Positions 13,001-26,978 of a stretch of DNA of 64,000 nt are shown one piece after another. Made by a program: the position numbers and the translations under genes. The notes beneath the pieces were generated by a model. The model worked only from the letters and a program-made list of their open reading frames with translations, was not told the DNA's origin and ran no database searches. The stretch is from Balanoglossus misakiensis (Eukaryota > Animalia > Hemichordata): positions 7,797,519-7,861,518 of the forward strand of contig CM082578.2 of NCBI GenBank assembly GCA_040954595.2, given 5' to 3'. Numbering within the stretch: the first letter of the stretch is position 1; every line of letters starts with the position of its first letter.

Positions 13001-16000
13001 AAATTGTATAGTTATTCTAGAAAGGATGTGGGAAAAGTGGCAGTAATTCTGAGGATTGTTTTGGATCAAAGTTTATTATTCTATGATGGTGTAGTGCATT
13101 GCAGTTTTAAGTTTATAGGTAGAAGTCACTGTGTTATAATGTACCTGTACAGATTGTCTCTATATGATCATGGCTAACTGAATGAATCATGTGAATGGCA
13201 GAATGAATGGCAGAATGAATGAATGGATGGCAGAATGAATGAATGAATGAATGGCAGAATGAATGAATGAATGAATGAATGAGTGAAGTGGGTTAGTGAG
13301 TGTGAGTGAGCAGATGGATGGATGGATGAATGAATGAATAAATGAATATCTTGCCATCATTTGAATTATTTTTTGTGTGACTGTAATCTACAATATCATC
13401 AATCATGACAAAATATATTAAATTTGAAATTACAGCTTCATTTCGTCAGTGAATCTTATGCAAATACCTATGAAGAAATTATATTCACAAATAGTACCAT
13501 AAGTAAAGTCCTTCCAGATATGATGTTTGATGGTAATGAAGAGCACTTCTACATGGTCTCGGGTTCCAGTGTGAGTATTGGGAAAATAATGACCTAGCTA
13601 GTACTTATGTACATACATGCAAGATGACCATGCTAGCATAGTCAGTCACTTGTGTTGATGATGTAGCTTGCCATACAGAATAACGTCAGTTTTAGTCTAT
13701 GTACCATACCTGTTGTCAGTCATAAGTGTTCATACAAGTATTGAGTTGAATGCTGTATTTACACATTTTATTGTCTTCATTATATACACCAGAGCAAAAT
13801 TGTTACATAAAATCAGCTGGCAAATATTAAACTTTTATGTAAATGACAAAGAATATCTATGGCAAATCATCGTCTAATATCTCTGTAATGTTCATGGAAT
13901 TATCCATAGTCCCCTTAAGCAATTTTGTATACCATTGCTAGCATGTGGATTTTTTTTAATTTGATGAATCACTGACTTCTTACATGTAGAGGACTACTCC
14001 TATTTGTTCTGTAAATAATAGGTGCGTAAAATGAAAGTGGAAGCCTGCAGTCAGTATACTACCTGTGAAGACTGCTTTGAATCAATGGATCCTTATTGTG
14101 GATGGTGCAACTTGGATAGAAGGTTAGACAAGGACGTTTCCATCATGATATACAGTACTTGTTCATATAAAACCACAAGTTGTAATAAGTTTTAATTGTG
14201 GTCAATTAATTAATTGTTATTGATGCCAATATTGAATGAAATTTTCCAAATACAGCTGTATATTCAGAATTACCACCAAAGGATGTTAAAATGCTCAGGA
14301 TATGTAATGTAAAAGTATTTATCATTTTCCCATTCAACAAATATTTTCAGTTTTTGTGACTGGTATGTTCATACTCCAGGTTAATTAGAGCGTACCAGGC
14401 CATAAACTTTGAGGAAATTTCGGCATTTTTGGCAAAACATCATCCCCTTAAATAACCGCTGTCAGTACTGGTACATGAGGTTCATGTCAGTCATTGTGGA
14501 ATGTAATGCAAGTTAAAATATTTATTTCTATTTAGATGCTCTATAGTCTCCAACTGTACCAGAGCATATGAATTGTCAAGATGGCTTCATAGCTTCAACA
14601 ACAGCTTGTGTGTGGAAATAGCATCGATTGAACCTGAAGAGGGTATACCAGTCAATGTCACTCACCGGGTAAGAAAGTGAAAATACAGATAAACAGTTTT
14701 GAAAGATGCTATACCTGCTCTGCATGGTGGGTATAATCTTGATGTGTGGTAGCATATACATGATTGTTGTTACAACAACATACACTATTTTATAACTAGT
14801 AGTGTACAATGTATATAATATTTGGTGCGGGGCAACATCTGTACCATAATGGTACATACGTGTATAAGTTCATGTCATGATATGATCCATATAGCATATA
14901 TTCACCTGGTGTCCATTTTGGTATGATTTCTTATGTCTAGATGTTTTCTCAAGCATATTTTAACAGTGGCTTTGGCTAGAATGACTCTATCCACCCTTAG
15001 TTTCTTGTGTTTTCTTGTAAATCAGTCGATCCCTTTGGGACTAGGTCATTGACAATGACTTATAAATTTCCATCATGGCATATGGGCTTACATGCATGTA
15101 CATGTGCATCTTTCTGTTTTGAAGATTATACTGAATATGATAGAGTTACCAGAAGTAGACGATGGAAATGTCTATAGTTGCAACTATGATGGTTATTTCA
15201 ATACAACTGGGGAGAAAGATGGCTTGAAGTTAAAATGTGACACACCACCTCTGGAGAATCGACCCGAAATACCAGCTGGAGAAGGTGAGGTTGACTGCTA
15301 TGACTAATATTATATAATTCAACCTACAAAACCACATAACCACCCACCTGACCAACCTATCTAAACACCAACCAATCAACATCATTTGATAATTGCTGTC
15401 TCTGGAGAGACTTGCCTCTTTTAACATCAATGTACTTATCTTAACTAATATTCATTTGTTGAAATGATATTTGCATCACGCAGTAAAATCCATTCGTTAT
15501 CATATTGGAACCATGACCATACACTTTCCCAATCAGCAAACTTCAAATTCATGTTGATTTCTATATTTGTCTGTATTTACAAAATATATATTACAAGTGT
15601 AGACGACATACACACATCTAGAATCTGTCATTTAGAATTTTGCTTATATTATAGAAAGTTCATTTCACACTTGTTCATGCATGAAGAAAACTGTGTCTTC
15701 TTTATTCCAAAAACCTCAAAAATCAAGTGTGCGTGAGGATGCAAGACAAAGAAGTTATTTCCTGTGGCCTTCTCTGTTTTTCAGATCATGTGACCATTCA
15801 ACTATATGTCAGAAGCAGTGAAACAGACATAGATTTTGTGAACAAAGATTTTCACTTTTATGACTGTTCTGTACATAAGTCGTAAGTCCTCCTTTTTCAT
15901 TACCTTTTTTCAGCAAAATGGTTAGCCTAGCTGTCATATTAAATTTTGCATGTATGTACTGCAGAAGATTAAATTAAATGTATGAATAAAATAAGGTTTT

Positions 16001-19000
16001 AAAACATATGAAACATGTCTTGACACAACCACCAAAATCATATTACAACTTTTATGAATTTTCTCATCAGATGTTCTGCATGTGTGACTAGTAATTGGGC
16101 GTGTAATTGGTGTGTCTATGAAAACAGGTGTACTCACTATCTGGACAGTTGTCCACATGATGATTCTGAATCTATTGTGATTGGTGATAACGTAAGTGTA
16201 CCAGTACCAAAAATCAAGAGAAATATCATGAGAAGCATGATACCTTTATTAAGTTTTAAATGTACAGTCCTCTATGCAAATTTAACCATAAGTGTTACAG
16301 TGGAAAGTTGAAATAGCCAATCACAGATTTTCAGTGGGTGGCAAACTTGAGAAAAAAACTACATGCCACCATGGTCATTTCAACACTGAGACATGTTTTT
16401 TGACCATTGTACATAATAATTGTCATAGATACAAAACATTATAAATTGTATATATCATAGGTGCGTTTGAAGACAGTGTCAGCTAGTGCAAATGTTTGGC
16501 CTTTAATTCATGCTTTCTTTGATGTTGTATAGTTGTGCAAAGATTATGCCATGCAGCCTAATAGCATATTTTCATAAAACAAGAAATCTGTGTCATATTG
16601 ACCAGTGATGCATGTACTCAGTTTTTAAGCTGTGAATTAGAATTTTTTGTACATCTGTGACCTGTTTAAATAACCCGGTATAACCCTGCATAAAATAACT
16701 GGTACACATTGGAAATTGCAGCTGGCAGAGGTCTATATAGCTGTAGTCCATTCAAATAAAATGAAAAAACTTCTGGTAGTATGCATATGTTTTCCTTTTG
16801 TTCTACTTGTATTTATGAAATTGAACTGTGTTTGACTTTCCCTTTTTAACAGAATACGTTTAATGGCACCAGTACCAATATAACGGCTCAGTCATACTGT
16901 CCTCAACTTGTAAATCATCCTGGAGAAGTACTGATTCCAGTCAGTGTGGATAGAGAGATAAAACTGAATACGTTAAATATCTATGACAATCAGGTAAGCA
17001 CCATTTGTCATTTAATCAGCCAGCATAATAAAGGAAGATGCAAGTGAAGTAATCTGGTGATATTATGTAAAGATATTACGTAATTGTATGGTACCTGCAG
17101 CTGTTAAATTGAATTTCATTTTGTGTATCAGTAGAAGAATTTTCTCAACAAAAACCGAACTTGGTTGTTAGTTTGTATTTGTTCATTCGGCAGTACAAGG
17201 ACAATGAGAGGTCTTTATATACTCATACATGTAAATATGACTGAACGTTAATAGTAATCATAATGTCATCATATACCAGGGATATGGAGAATATGAATGT
17301 GTTCTGATGGTAGAAGATGGCCCCCAGAGTATCCGAGCAACCAGACACAATGAAACATCAGTGACTTGCAACATGCAAAAGGTATAATTTAAAAACAGTG
17401 TTTCTGTGTGTTGTAAGGACTATTGTATTAGCTAGAATGCAAATGATCTGAAATTTGAAAACATTTTCTGGTTCTGTTCTTTACACATATTTGTTGATTA
17501 GTTATCTGTTATGAGAGAGTTGAAAGTTGCTTAGATTTAGATGTACCAGTGTTATAGACTTATAATGTATTATGGATTGACAAGAATACATTTTTATCTG
17601 TGAATACCTGTATACATCATTTCCCAATTATCTTTATATATTTCAATAAAAATAATTATTTAAACTCAACAGTACAACTACCAAGCTTACCAGCAAGAGA
17701 TGAATGTAAGATTAACCCTGAAGTGGAATGGCAACTATATCATTGATGACATGCATGGTTTTACAGGTATTAAGCAAAAAGCATTTAACAGCCATGGTGT
17801 AATTCTTGATCTTGCATATAGTTCCAATATGTTAAATGAATTCCTTTTCCAATGTAAAGATGCAAGTTTATATATTATGTCTGAACTAAATTTTTATTTC
17901 AAATGAACGTTTTTTATCCTCCTTAGTGACATTGTATAATTGTTCAATTGATCGACGTGACTGCAGTGAGTGCCTGTCAAAAATCACTACAAGACTTCCA
18001 TTGAAATGTGGATGGTGCGAAGACTCTGGAGACTGTGAAGTTGAGGAAACTTGTACATCTCAGGAGTGGTGGAATTATACCACAACTAACAATTGTGCTC
18101 TTCCGAATGTTACTGAGGTATGTATCGTATATGTACCTGCTAATATCACACTTACAATCCAGTTTTACATGGCACATGATAAAGTTCATTATTTTTTATG
18201 CAATCTATGGGCTTACAATTTTCTTGTCCAATGACAGGTGTGGCCTCTATCTGGTCCTTATGAAGGAGGAACAGAAATCATTATTAATGGTACAGATTTA
18301 GGGAAGAGTATTGATGATATTATCAGTGTAACAGTAGCAGATTTACCCTGTGAATATATGCATCTAGAAGACAGATATGTTGTGTCAAAAGGGTATGTAA
18401 TGACCTTTTCAAGACTCTTGTTTTGTAGGAAGTGACTATTTTATTATCAAGATCCTGTTTAATAGCAGTTTGAAGTAGAACTGCTTTCATGAAATTTTGA
18501 AAGTCGACACCATGCACTTTACAGACTGTCATTTAGATGGTTTGGTGTCGTATTTATTACATTGTACTTTGATGTTCACTTTTGATCACTGTTTTATTGT
18601 TCCTATATATCTATTTTTTTGCACAGAATTGAGTGCAATACCAGTGCCAACATAGCACAACATTCAGGTGATGTAAAAGTGACTGTTCGAGCCAATGATG
18701 GATCATTTCAAGTAACTGAGAATGCCAAACAGTTTACATACAGGGTAAAAGTCTTGTTTGTTGTATATAATGACCTAGACATGATCACAATAATGTTTAT
18801 AATAAAATATGTCATTTGTTTAGCTTGCAGTTCTTATGTTTGTAATTCACTGTGTAAAAAGGGCAGCATTTGAAACTGAATGTTTCATATTTATAAAATT
18901 GTGCACATTTGCATTAAATACATGTATTTCATATGTTTTCTATAATATTTGGACACATTATGTTTCTTTTCATTCTTCTTTAATACATGTGACATGAGTC

Positions 19001-22000
19001 GCTTCTTCATATCTAATAGTTTTATGAATCTAGCATGGATTATTCAAACACTTTTTTCACATGTCAAGTTAATGAGCAAACTATCCGAAATAACTAAAAC
19101 CAGTCGAAATTATGTAATTTATTTTTATATTAGGACCCACGTATTCTTGACTTCACTCCGAAGATTGGACCTAAGTCTGGTGGGACGATAGTTACCATTA
19201 CAGGGGATTATGTGGATGCAGGAAGAGAGATCAAGGCATACTTTGGTGGCTTTCCTTGCGACATAGATAGGTCCGACATATTTTTATTGCATATAGTTTC
19301 CATCTTCCAGTTTAATGACGTTTTCAACCATTTTCAGTGTTTTGTTGGTGTAAAATATAACATACATTTTTAACTTTAAAAATATTCACTTCATTTTCTA
19401 TACTAAAAATACTGTAAACATTACTCACATGCTTCCCACCCCAGTGATATATACTATAGTGCATTAAAAATAATTTATTCATAAAAGAATCAACATACTG
19501 ATATAATTAATTAACAATGAATCATAATCTAAAACACCATAAAAAAAAAATACAAGCAACCAAAATGCAAAAAAATACCTGAGACACACATTTAAAACTT
19601 ATAACGTTTAGCTGAACAACTCAGTTTTACCATATTTGTTGACAGTTTGGACATTGTCTATTACATGCCAGGTTTTTATGTCCGGTGAACTTATTGACAA
19701 TGTTGACAATATTGAAGAGCACATTAATGGTTTGTGTCCTGCGTCATATTCTTAAGTTTATATATTTTCCTGTCAGGATGAAAGATGTCTTAAACGAAAC
19801 ACAGCTTCTGTGTAACACAACCTCTGCAAATATCACTAATGCTGCCGAAATGACAATGAACTTTGATGGCTCTGTACGAGATGCACCTGAAGGCAGAACA
19901 TTTAAAGTTACAGAGGACCCAACTGTGACATATATTGATCCTTCAGAGAGTATGATGAGGTGAGTCTAACACTTCTCTGGCAAGCAGAGTACACAACAAC
20001 ATACACTGTATGTGTAGGCATGTTTTTATGTCAGTGAATTTGATTGACCCCGTCATGAAATATTGTGTGGTATTTCGCAGCAAAATTAACACAGACATCA
20101 TTGAGTATTATACAGGTTTGACTCTTTTGTGAAAATGTCGATTCTATATATATGACTGCTTAGGTCTCATTAGAAAGCAATGTACAGACAAAGGCGTTTA
20201 AAAAATGAAAATGAGAGGTCCCAATTTCTGTATATTTCCAAAGGAAAATGTGATGACCACATGCACTGTAGAAGTTTGATGTATTCTACCAAATGTTGTT
20301 TTACACAGTGGTGGGCGTACAATCAATGTCACAGGAACATTCTTCAAGTCCATACAAGAGCCCAGAATGCTGATTACTGCAGCTGGACAACCATTTGTAT
20401 CTGTAAGTGCAAATCGAATGTTAAAGTTATGGTATTGAACCACAAATCTGATATGATGTTCCCAAGTACCATAGTCATTTCATCTCTGAAATTGCCAACT
20501 AAATTGGCATTTGTTTTGCTCCAATATTAGGTCAATACTTTGTACTTCTGTGTAATGTAATTATAGTGGGATTTCAGTAGTTAGAAAAAGTTTTTTTTTT
20601 AATGAAATTAAAAATTTCGCTTACTGCCTAAATTTGTAAAATAAAGATCCAAGCTAAATTTGTTCTTCTTCTTACATTGTTTTTGTCAATTCTTTTACAG
20701 GATGATCCATGTGTGGTGTTTTCAAATGAGAGGATGCAGTGCATCTCGCCGCCGGTAGAATTACCAGATTCAAGGCGTATAAGACGACAGACAAATTACA
20801 CACTAGTAACAGTTGGATTCATCATGGATGCTGTCGTGGAAGTTCTTCGACTTGAAGATTTTGAATTTGAGGTAGCTGTGGATCCTGAATACTTCCCGTT
20901 TGAGGAAGATGACAATATCAAAATCCATGGAGGAGAACAGCTGGTCATCGAGGTAGTTTTCAGTTCATGTTTTTTAACTATGTAGATGTTCAATTGAATT
21001 GAAAAAATATATATATTTAAGGTTATGTAATTTTTGTAACAAATAATTAAAAAAATGGCATTAAGGTTTAATAGCATTAAAGTCTTTAACCTCAGTTGTA
21101 CTAATATCATATTCAAATCACATAATAATTGCATCCTGGTTTAAAGGTCAACAACTCACTGCAGTAAGAGATTGAAGAAATGATGTACTAACTGTACATA
21201 TTTCTTGGCTTCCTATGATCAAAAATTCATGTCTTTATAGTAAGCATATTAAAGTCTTTGAACTGTTTTCACACACCTAGGTAGCAATAAACTATCTAAA
21301 GTACAGAGAATTGGTTATGATCTAAATAAGTTTCTAAATTGGTTACTAGTAATTTGCTCTCCCTGTCTTTATATTGAAGGGTAAAAACTTAGATTTAGCT
21401 TCAACCAAATATGAAGTCTTTGTAACTATTGGACAAGAGAACTGTACAGTCGTAAGTCTCTCAGATGTCCAGCTGAATTGTGTGCCACCAGAGAAGGCAC
21501 CAGGTGGTGTAAACATAACAGGGAGTCCAACAGAGAGGAGGCTACCAGAAGTTAGAGTAAGTATGCCATAAGTATACCATGCAAATTTGAAACAACAATA
21601 CTGCTTATATGTGATTGTAACTTTATATCAAAAGTATGCTGAGGAGATGGCAACAGTATAAGCCATACAGATGGTGTATTTTAGGGCATTTGAAAATGAG
21701 AAGAAGTACCTTTTCACCTGACGTATGAAAATAATTCCATTCATCATTGTAGGCTTTATTCTTAATTGCAATTGCAGACAAATTTATAAAACTACGAACT
21801 ATACAAGGCATATGCTATGTTGTAATATCAGCTTAGAAGACGATTCCTATGTTTTGAAAGGGTTTGAAAAATTTTGAATACTGCAATGACACAGTGTTGA
21901 AGGTTGTAACATGATTTCCAATTGCAAAAACACAATCCCTATGTGAAGAATTATATGTAACTGGGTGTTTCTTAATCTTCAGTATTGGAGAAATAATTCC

Positions 22001-25000
22001 ATTCACCACGACACAGTTCCATGGCATTTATTCCGCTAATGATTTATTATTGTTTTTCTTCAAGGTGGAAGTGGGTAACTTGATATTCACCATTGGGTAT
22101 TTGCAATATCCTGAAGAGGGGCCCATTATTCCACTTTCAGTGATAATTGGGATTGCTGCAGCTGCTGGTCTTCTCATCATCGTCATAATCACAATCTTAA
22201 TAGTTTTCCAGAGAAGAGTGAAAAGCAAAGACAGAGAATTTCAACGATTGGAGAAGAAGGCAGAACAATTTGAACAAGATGTGAAAATTGAATGTAAAAG
22301 AGGTAAGTAAAAGTAGCGGTATATGGATTTAAAAATCAGATCTCTTCAAGACGTCATGGAAAAGTAGTATGTAATCTTTTGAGGCATTCACTTTCAGGCA
22401 CATAACAGGTTCTGATTTGAAGATGATATTTACATTGAAAAAAAAAGAAATTCCCCCTCCCTTAGAAGTGAAATTCTGAATGACACATTACCAAATATGA
22501 GGGTGTTGGCTTTAAAAATGTGACTCGTAACATTTAGTTGGTGCACAGCAGTACAAAATATGTCTCAATTGCATTTTGACTGTACCATAAAATACAAACA
22601 AACCACCAATCTGTTTTCATCAACTCTACCAAGGATGCAAAATAGAAAATAAAAACGATATTCATTGTAACTTACACAGTTTTAATATAGCCTTTAACAT
22701 ATTATTCTCACTAGCATTTGCTGAATTACAAACTGATATGTCAAGTGTAACTAAGGATATCCTGGATAGTGGCGTTCCATTCCTGGACTTTAACAATTAT
22801 GCTGTCAACATGATGTTTGCTGGACAGAGTGATCATCCTGTGCTGAAAAAGAATGCAGAAGTAAGTTGCAAGAATTCTTTGTGTATATTGTATTTGCAAA
22901 TAATTGTCATGGATATACTATGTACTGTAAAATGGGAAATTTTCGCAAATGATATATTTTCGCAAACAGCGCGATAGCCCCAAAAGACGCAAGCATCCTA
23001 AAAGACAATTTACTCACCTAATTGTTGGCCTGTTTTGTTTTGAAATATGACAAACTGAAGACTTTACTGTAGAAAAAGATTGAGCAAATGTGATTTGGGA
23101 CTGTTTTATTACTCAACTTTCAACCTCAGTTGTACATCATATTGAAGCACATTCTAATATTTGTACCGTATTTAATTTATTCTGCAAAAATGTTGTTTTT
23201 GTTCTTTTTTTATCATGGTAAAGGAATTTGGACAATTCTTAGGCAGGTAGTAAATGTAAGACTTTTGTTTTCTAGTTTTACATTCTGTAAAATGTTTGTT
23301 TTATAGATCCCAAGCGGCAGTCATAAGAGAGGATTAGAGGAATTCTACTCTTTACTGGCTAATAAAGCTTTCTGCCTGGTATTCATACGCACACTAGAGG
23401 AACAGAGAATGACGGTCAAAGACAAGTAAGTGGCCATTACCAGTATGTTATGAAAAGTGTTTTGTGGCATGGGTTTGATTTTGTTTGTAATTCAATTAAT
23501 TTGATTTACTTATTTTATGTTAAGATCTCCTAATGGTTTACTTTGCTGCTCGACTACTTCTTTGTTAATAGAATTGATTTCTTCTCTGCTATTTTCATAG
23601 AGTTAATGTTGGATCTCTGTTGACAATAATTCTTCAAAAAGAGAGGAAGATGTCCTATCTTACCGAGTAAGTATACTGAATGTTAACAAAAAGTGCAGAC
23701 ACTGTTGTTGACTGGTGATTTACTTTTTACTATCTCATAGAAAAAACTACTAAAAATTTAATGTGAAGATTTAATGAATATGCCCAACATTTTCATCTTT
23801 GTTTTTTGACATGCAGATGGGATGTATTTTTTTTACCAAACTTTTAAGATCTGAAAATGCCCTCATCAGACCCTTATATTAGCTGCATTATAGAGAATGC
23901 CTAAAATAATGCAGAAAGTTGCAAGTAATAAGTAATAAGACTATAAATAATGTACTTTTATTTTTTATAAACAACAGAATATTGACGACACTAATTGCAC
24001 AAGCAGCTGTAGAAGCAGAAGAAGATGATAGGACAAAATCTATGTTGAGGAGGTAAGGTGTAGCTAGAATACTTTTCTTGTAGATCTTGGCACAGTAATA
24101 GGTACGTACTTATTTGCATGTTTAACTACGCTTGTAAGATGACTGGTACATAAATATGAATATGTCTCATTGATTGCTTTGTTGGCAGAACTGAGTCGAT
24201 CATGGAGAAGATGTTGACAAACTGGTTTCTTGTCACTCTGTATCCATTTATTAAGGTACATATACTCCTTAAATAGTATATCACCTTTTTCAGTTGTGTC
24301 TCTTGTATCAAAGAATTATTTTCATGATTGGTTAACACAGATGGGAAGTCTGTTTTGAAGTAGATCACAAGATAAAATTAAGGTTAATTGTAAACAAAAA
24401 TGTAACACATGTAAAGCATAATTTGTTCATCCAAGTTAAAATTCACAAGAAAATTGTTTTCAGCTGCATTTTACATTATTTGTGGAAAGGTTTACCATTG
24501 TTTTATGTTCCTAATGTTTATATCTACATGTACTTCCATTGTCTTAATGTCCATTTATCAAGATGCTGTCACAAAAAATTCTTGCAGATGGTGTAAATGG
24601 AATCCTATATCTATTTCAACTCTTTCAGAATTTTCTGCATTCGGCATAACAGAAAAAAGGATAATTTCTCTAGGCAGTAATCTACACTTTCCTTCATTCT
24701 GCCATTTGAATTATGAAATTTCTTCCTTATTTCAGATCTGCGCAGGAGAACCGATCTTCATGTTGTTTAAAGCGATGAAATACCAGATTGATAAAGGTCC
24801 AATGGATGCCCTTGAAGGCCTGGCAAAGTATTCTTTGACTGATAAATTCCTCTTGAGACACAATTTTGAGCCAGACGTTTTGGTATGTCAGCAAATTTAG
24901 TAGTTTCTGTTGTCTGTAATTTTGTTGACATAATATAACATTTGTCCTCCAATATGAAACAATTGTGTAATGGGGTAAAACTTTGTTATCACATCAGTAT

Positions 25001-26934
25001 GATGTATTAGAGGGCTTTGCTGCCTTTTAGTGAAACATCTATTTGCTGCAAGTGTTTATCTTGTTGTTTAGTTTCTGTTTGCTGGTTCTAGAAAAGTGCA
25101 AAGTGTTTTTAGTTCATAACAAGACCAGTGTGTTAATGTATGTACCAGTATATGTCTCTGTGTGTGAACGAACATGTGAAAACATGTAACTATTGGAAGG
25201 ATTATATAAAATATTCACATGATAAAAATGCAACATTCATAACTTCTGATAATCATTTTAGTACATTTATACAAACAGGATTTAACAAGAGCAACTTAGC
25301 TGTATCACAGAATTCTGCAATATGATATTTCGTATTTTTTCATCCTACTGGCAGACTGTTAATGTTGTTACCAGTGAAGATGGTAGATCTGAAGCTCAAG
25401 CCAAGATTCTTGATGTAGACACAATTTCCCAGGTGAAAGACAAGCTATTGGATGTCATTTACAAGAATCACGCATATTCAAAGAGACCCTCAGTGGAAGA
25501 AATTGACGTAGGTATGTTCAATTTTTAATATATCACACACAGTTGCCGGACCACACAGTAGTTAAATGAAATGACATGGATGTTTTATAATGTATTTAAC
25601 TCAAAAACATTGTACTTTAAAAATACTAGTTTCTCTTTATTCACATAAAACTATCAGCAACCATACAGTGCTGAATCTACTCTTTGTCAACAAAGCTTGT
25701 GTATGTGTAATGGCCATTATTGTCATGTCAAGACTTGAATTTAATTTGCAACTGTAAAAATGCTGACAGTAAAATGAAATTTGGAATTTTCCCTTTCATT
25801 GCTTGAAAGAATGGAGAGGTGGAAGGGAAGGCCAAGGTCGGTTAGTCTTGGAAGATGAGGATATGACTTCAGAAGTAATTGGACAGTGGAAAAGACTGAA
25901 TACAGTAAAGCACTACCAGGTAGGAAGTGTTAATTATATTGCTATTACATAGGTATATGTAATGTGATGCAAGTGGATTGTTATGGTAACAAGAAATCAG
26001 TGATAAGCTATCAGACCTAGAAGTTGTAGTCAAAATGATGCAAAACTATTTTCATAAATATTTGGTCTTCAAAGTTTATTCTAAAGATAAAGTCAATGAA
26101 AAGCATCTTAAATTTATATTGATAGTATATTTCTAAAATTATAATTATGCATACGAGAAAGAATAGAATATCAATGTGTGTCTTTGGCTTTGACTTAATT
26201 AGAAGACAGAAATTTAAATGCTAAGAAATTATACTTTGTATGTCACTGTGCAGGTACCTGATGGTGCTACTTTGGCACTGGTTAAGAAGTCAGATATTGC
26301 TAATGGTGGTATCCGAACTCCAATCATACCTCCAAGTGAATATGGTAAGTTACAATTGTTTGTCTTATTCTGAAACTCTTTAGATTTGTGTAATTTTGCT
26401 CTGAAAAGACCACAATCGTGCATTTCCATATTTCATATATTATTGGTAAAATATTAACAAATTTTTGTAAATTAAAATGATTAATGGAAATATAATTATA
26501 ATATACTATTTACTTATTTTGATCGAGTGTATATAAGGATAGATAAGTATAGTGTTGCAATACTATTCATATCAATGATTATACCATGAAAATTTGTCAT
26601 TGTCATATTAAAAAAATTATTGCAGATTTTTACCAATTCCATGATCCTGATGTTGCTCCAGAAGACAACAAAGATGAGCAGAGTAAAAGAAATGATGATG
26701 AAGAAGAAGGGTCAGGAATAAAACGTTGGCATCTTGTGAGTTTTTAATATGTCTTAATGATTCTATCTATGAGATTTGGTGCAGTAGGTCTTGGTTCAAG
26801 TCCTCTATACTAGAAATTGATTATATGCAATGTACATGTTCAACTCAAAACCAAGATACAACACACTAATATATGCATCAGTGAGAGGTACAAAGTTTCT
26901 TTTGCAATATTCTATTCCAATTACACACATACAC

Positions 26935-26978
<44 letters not shown>

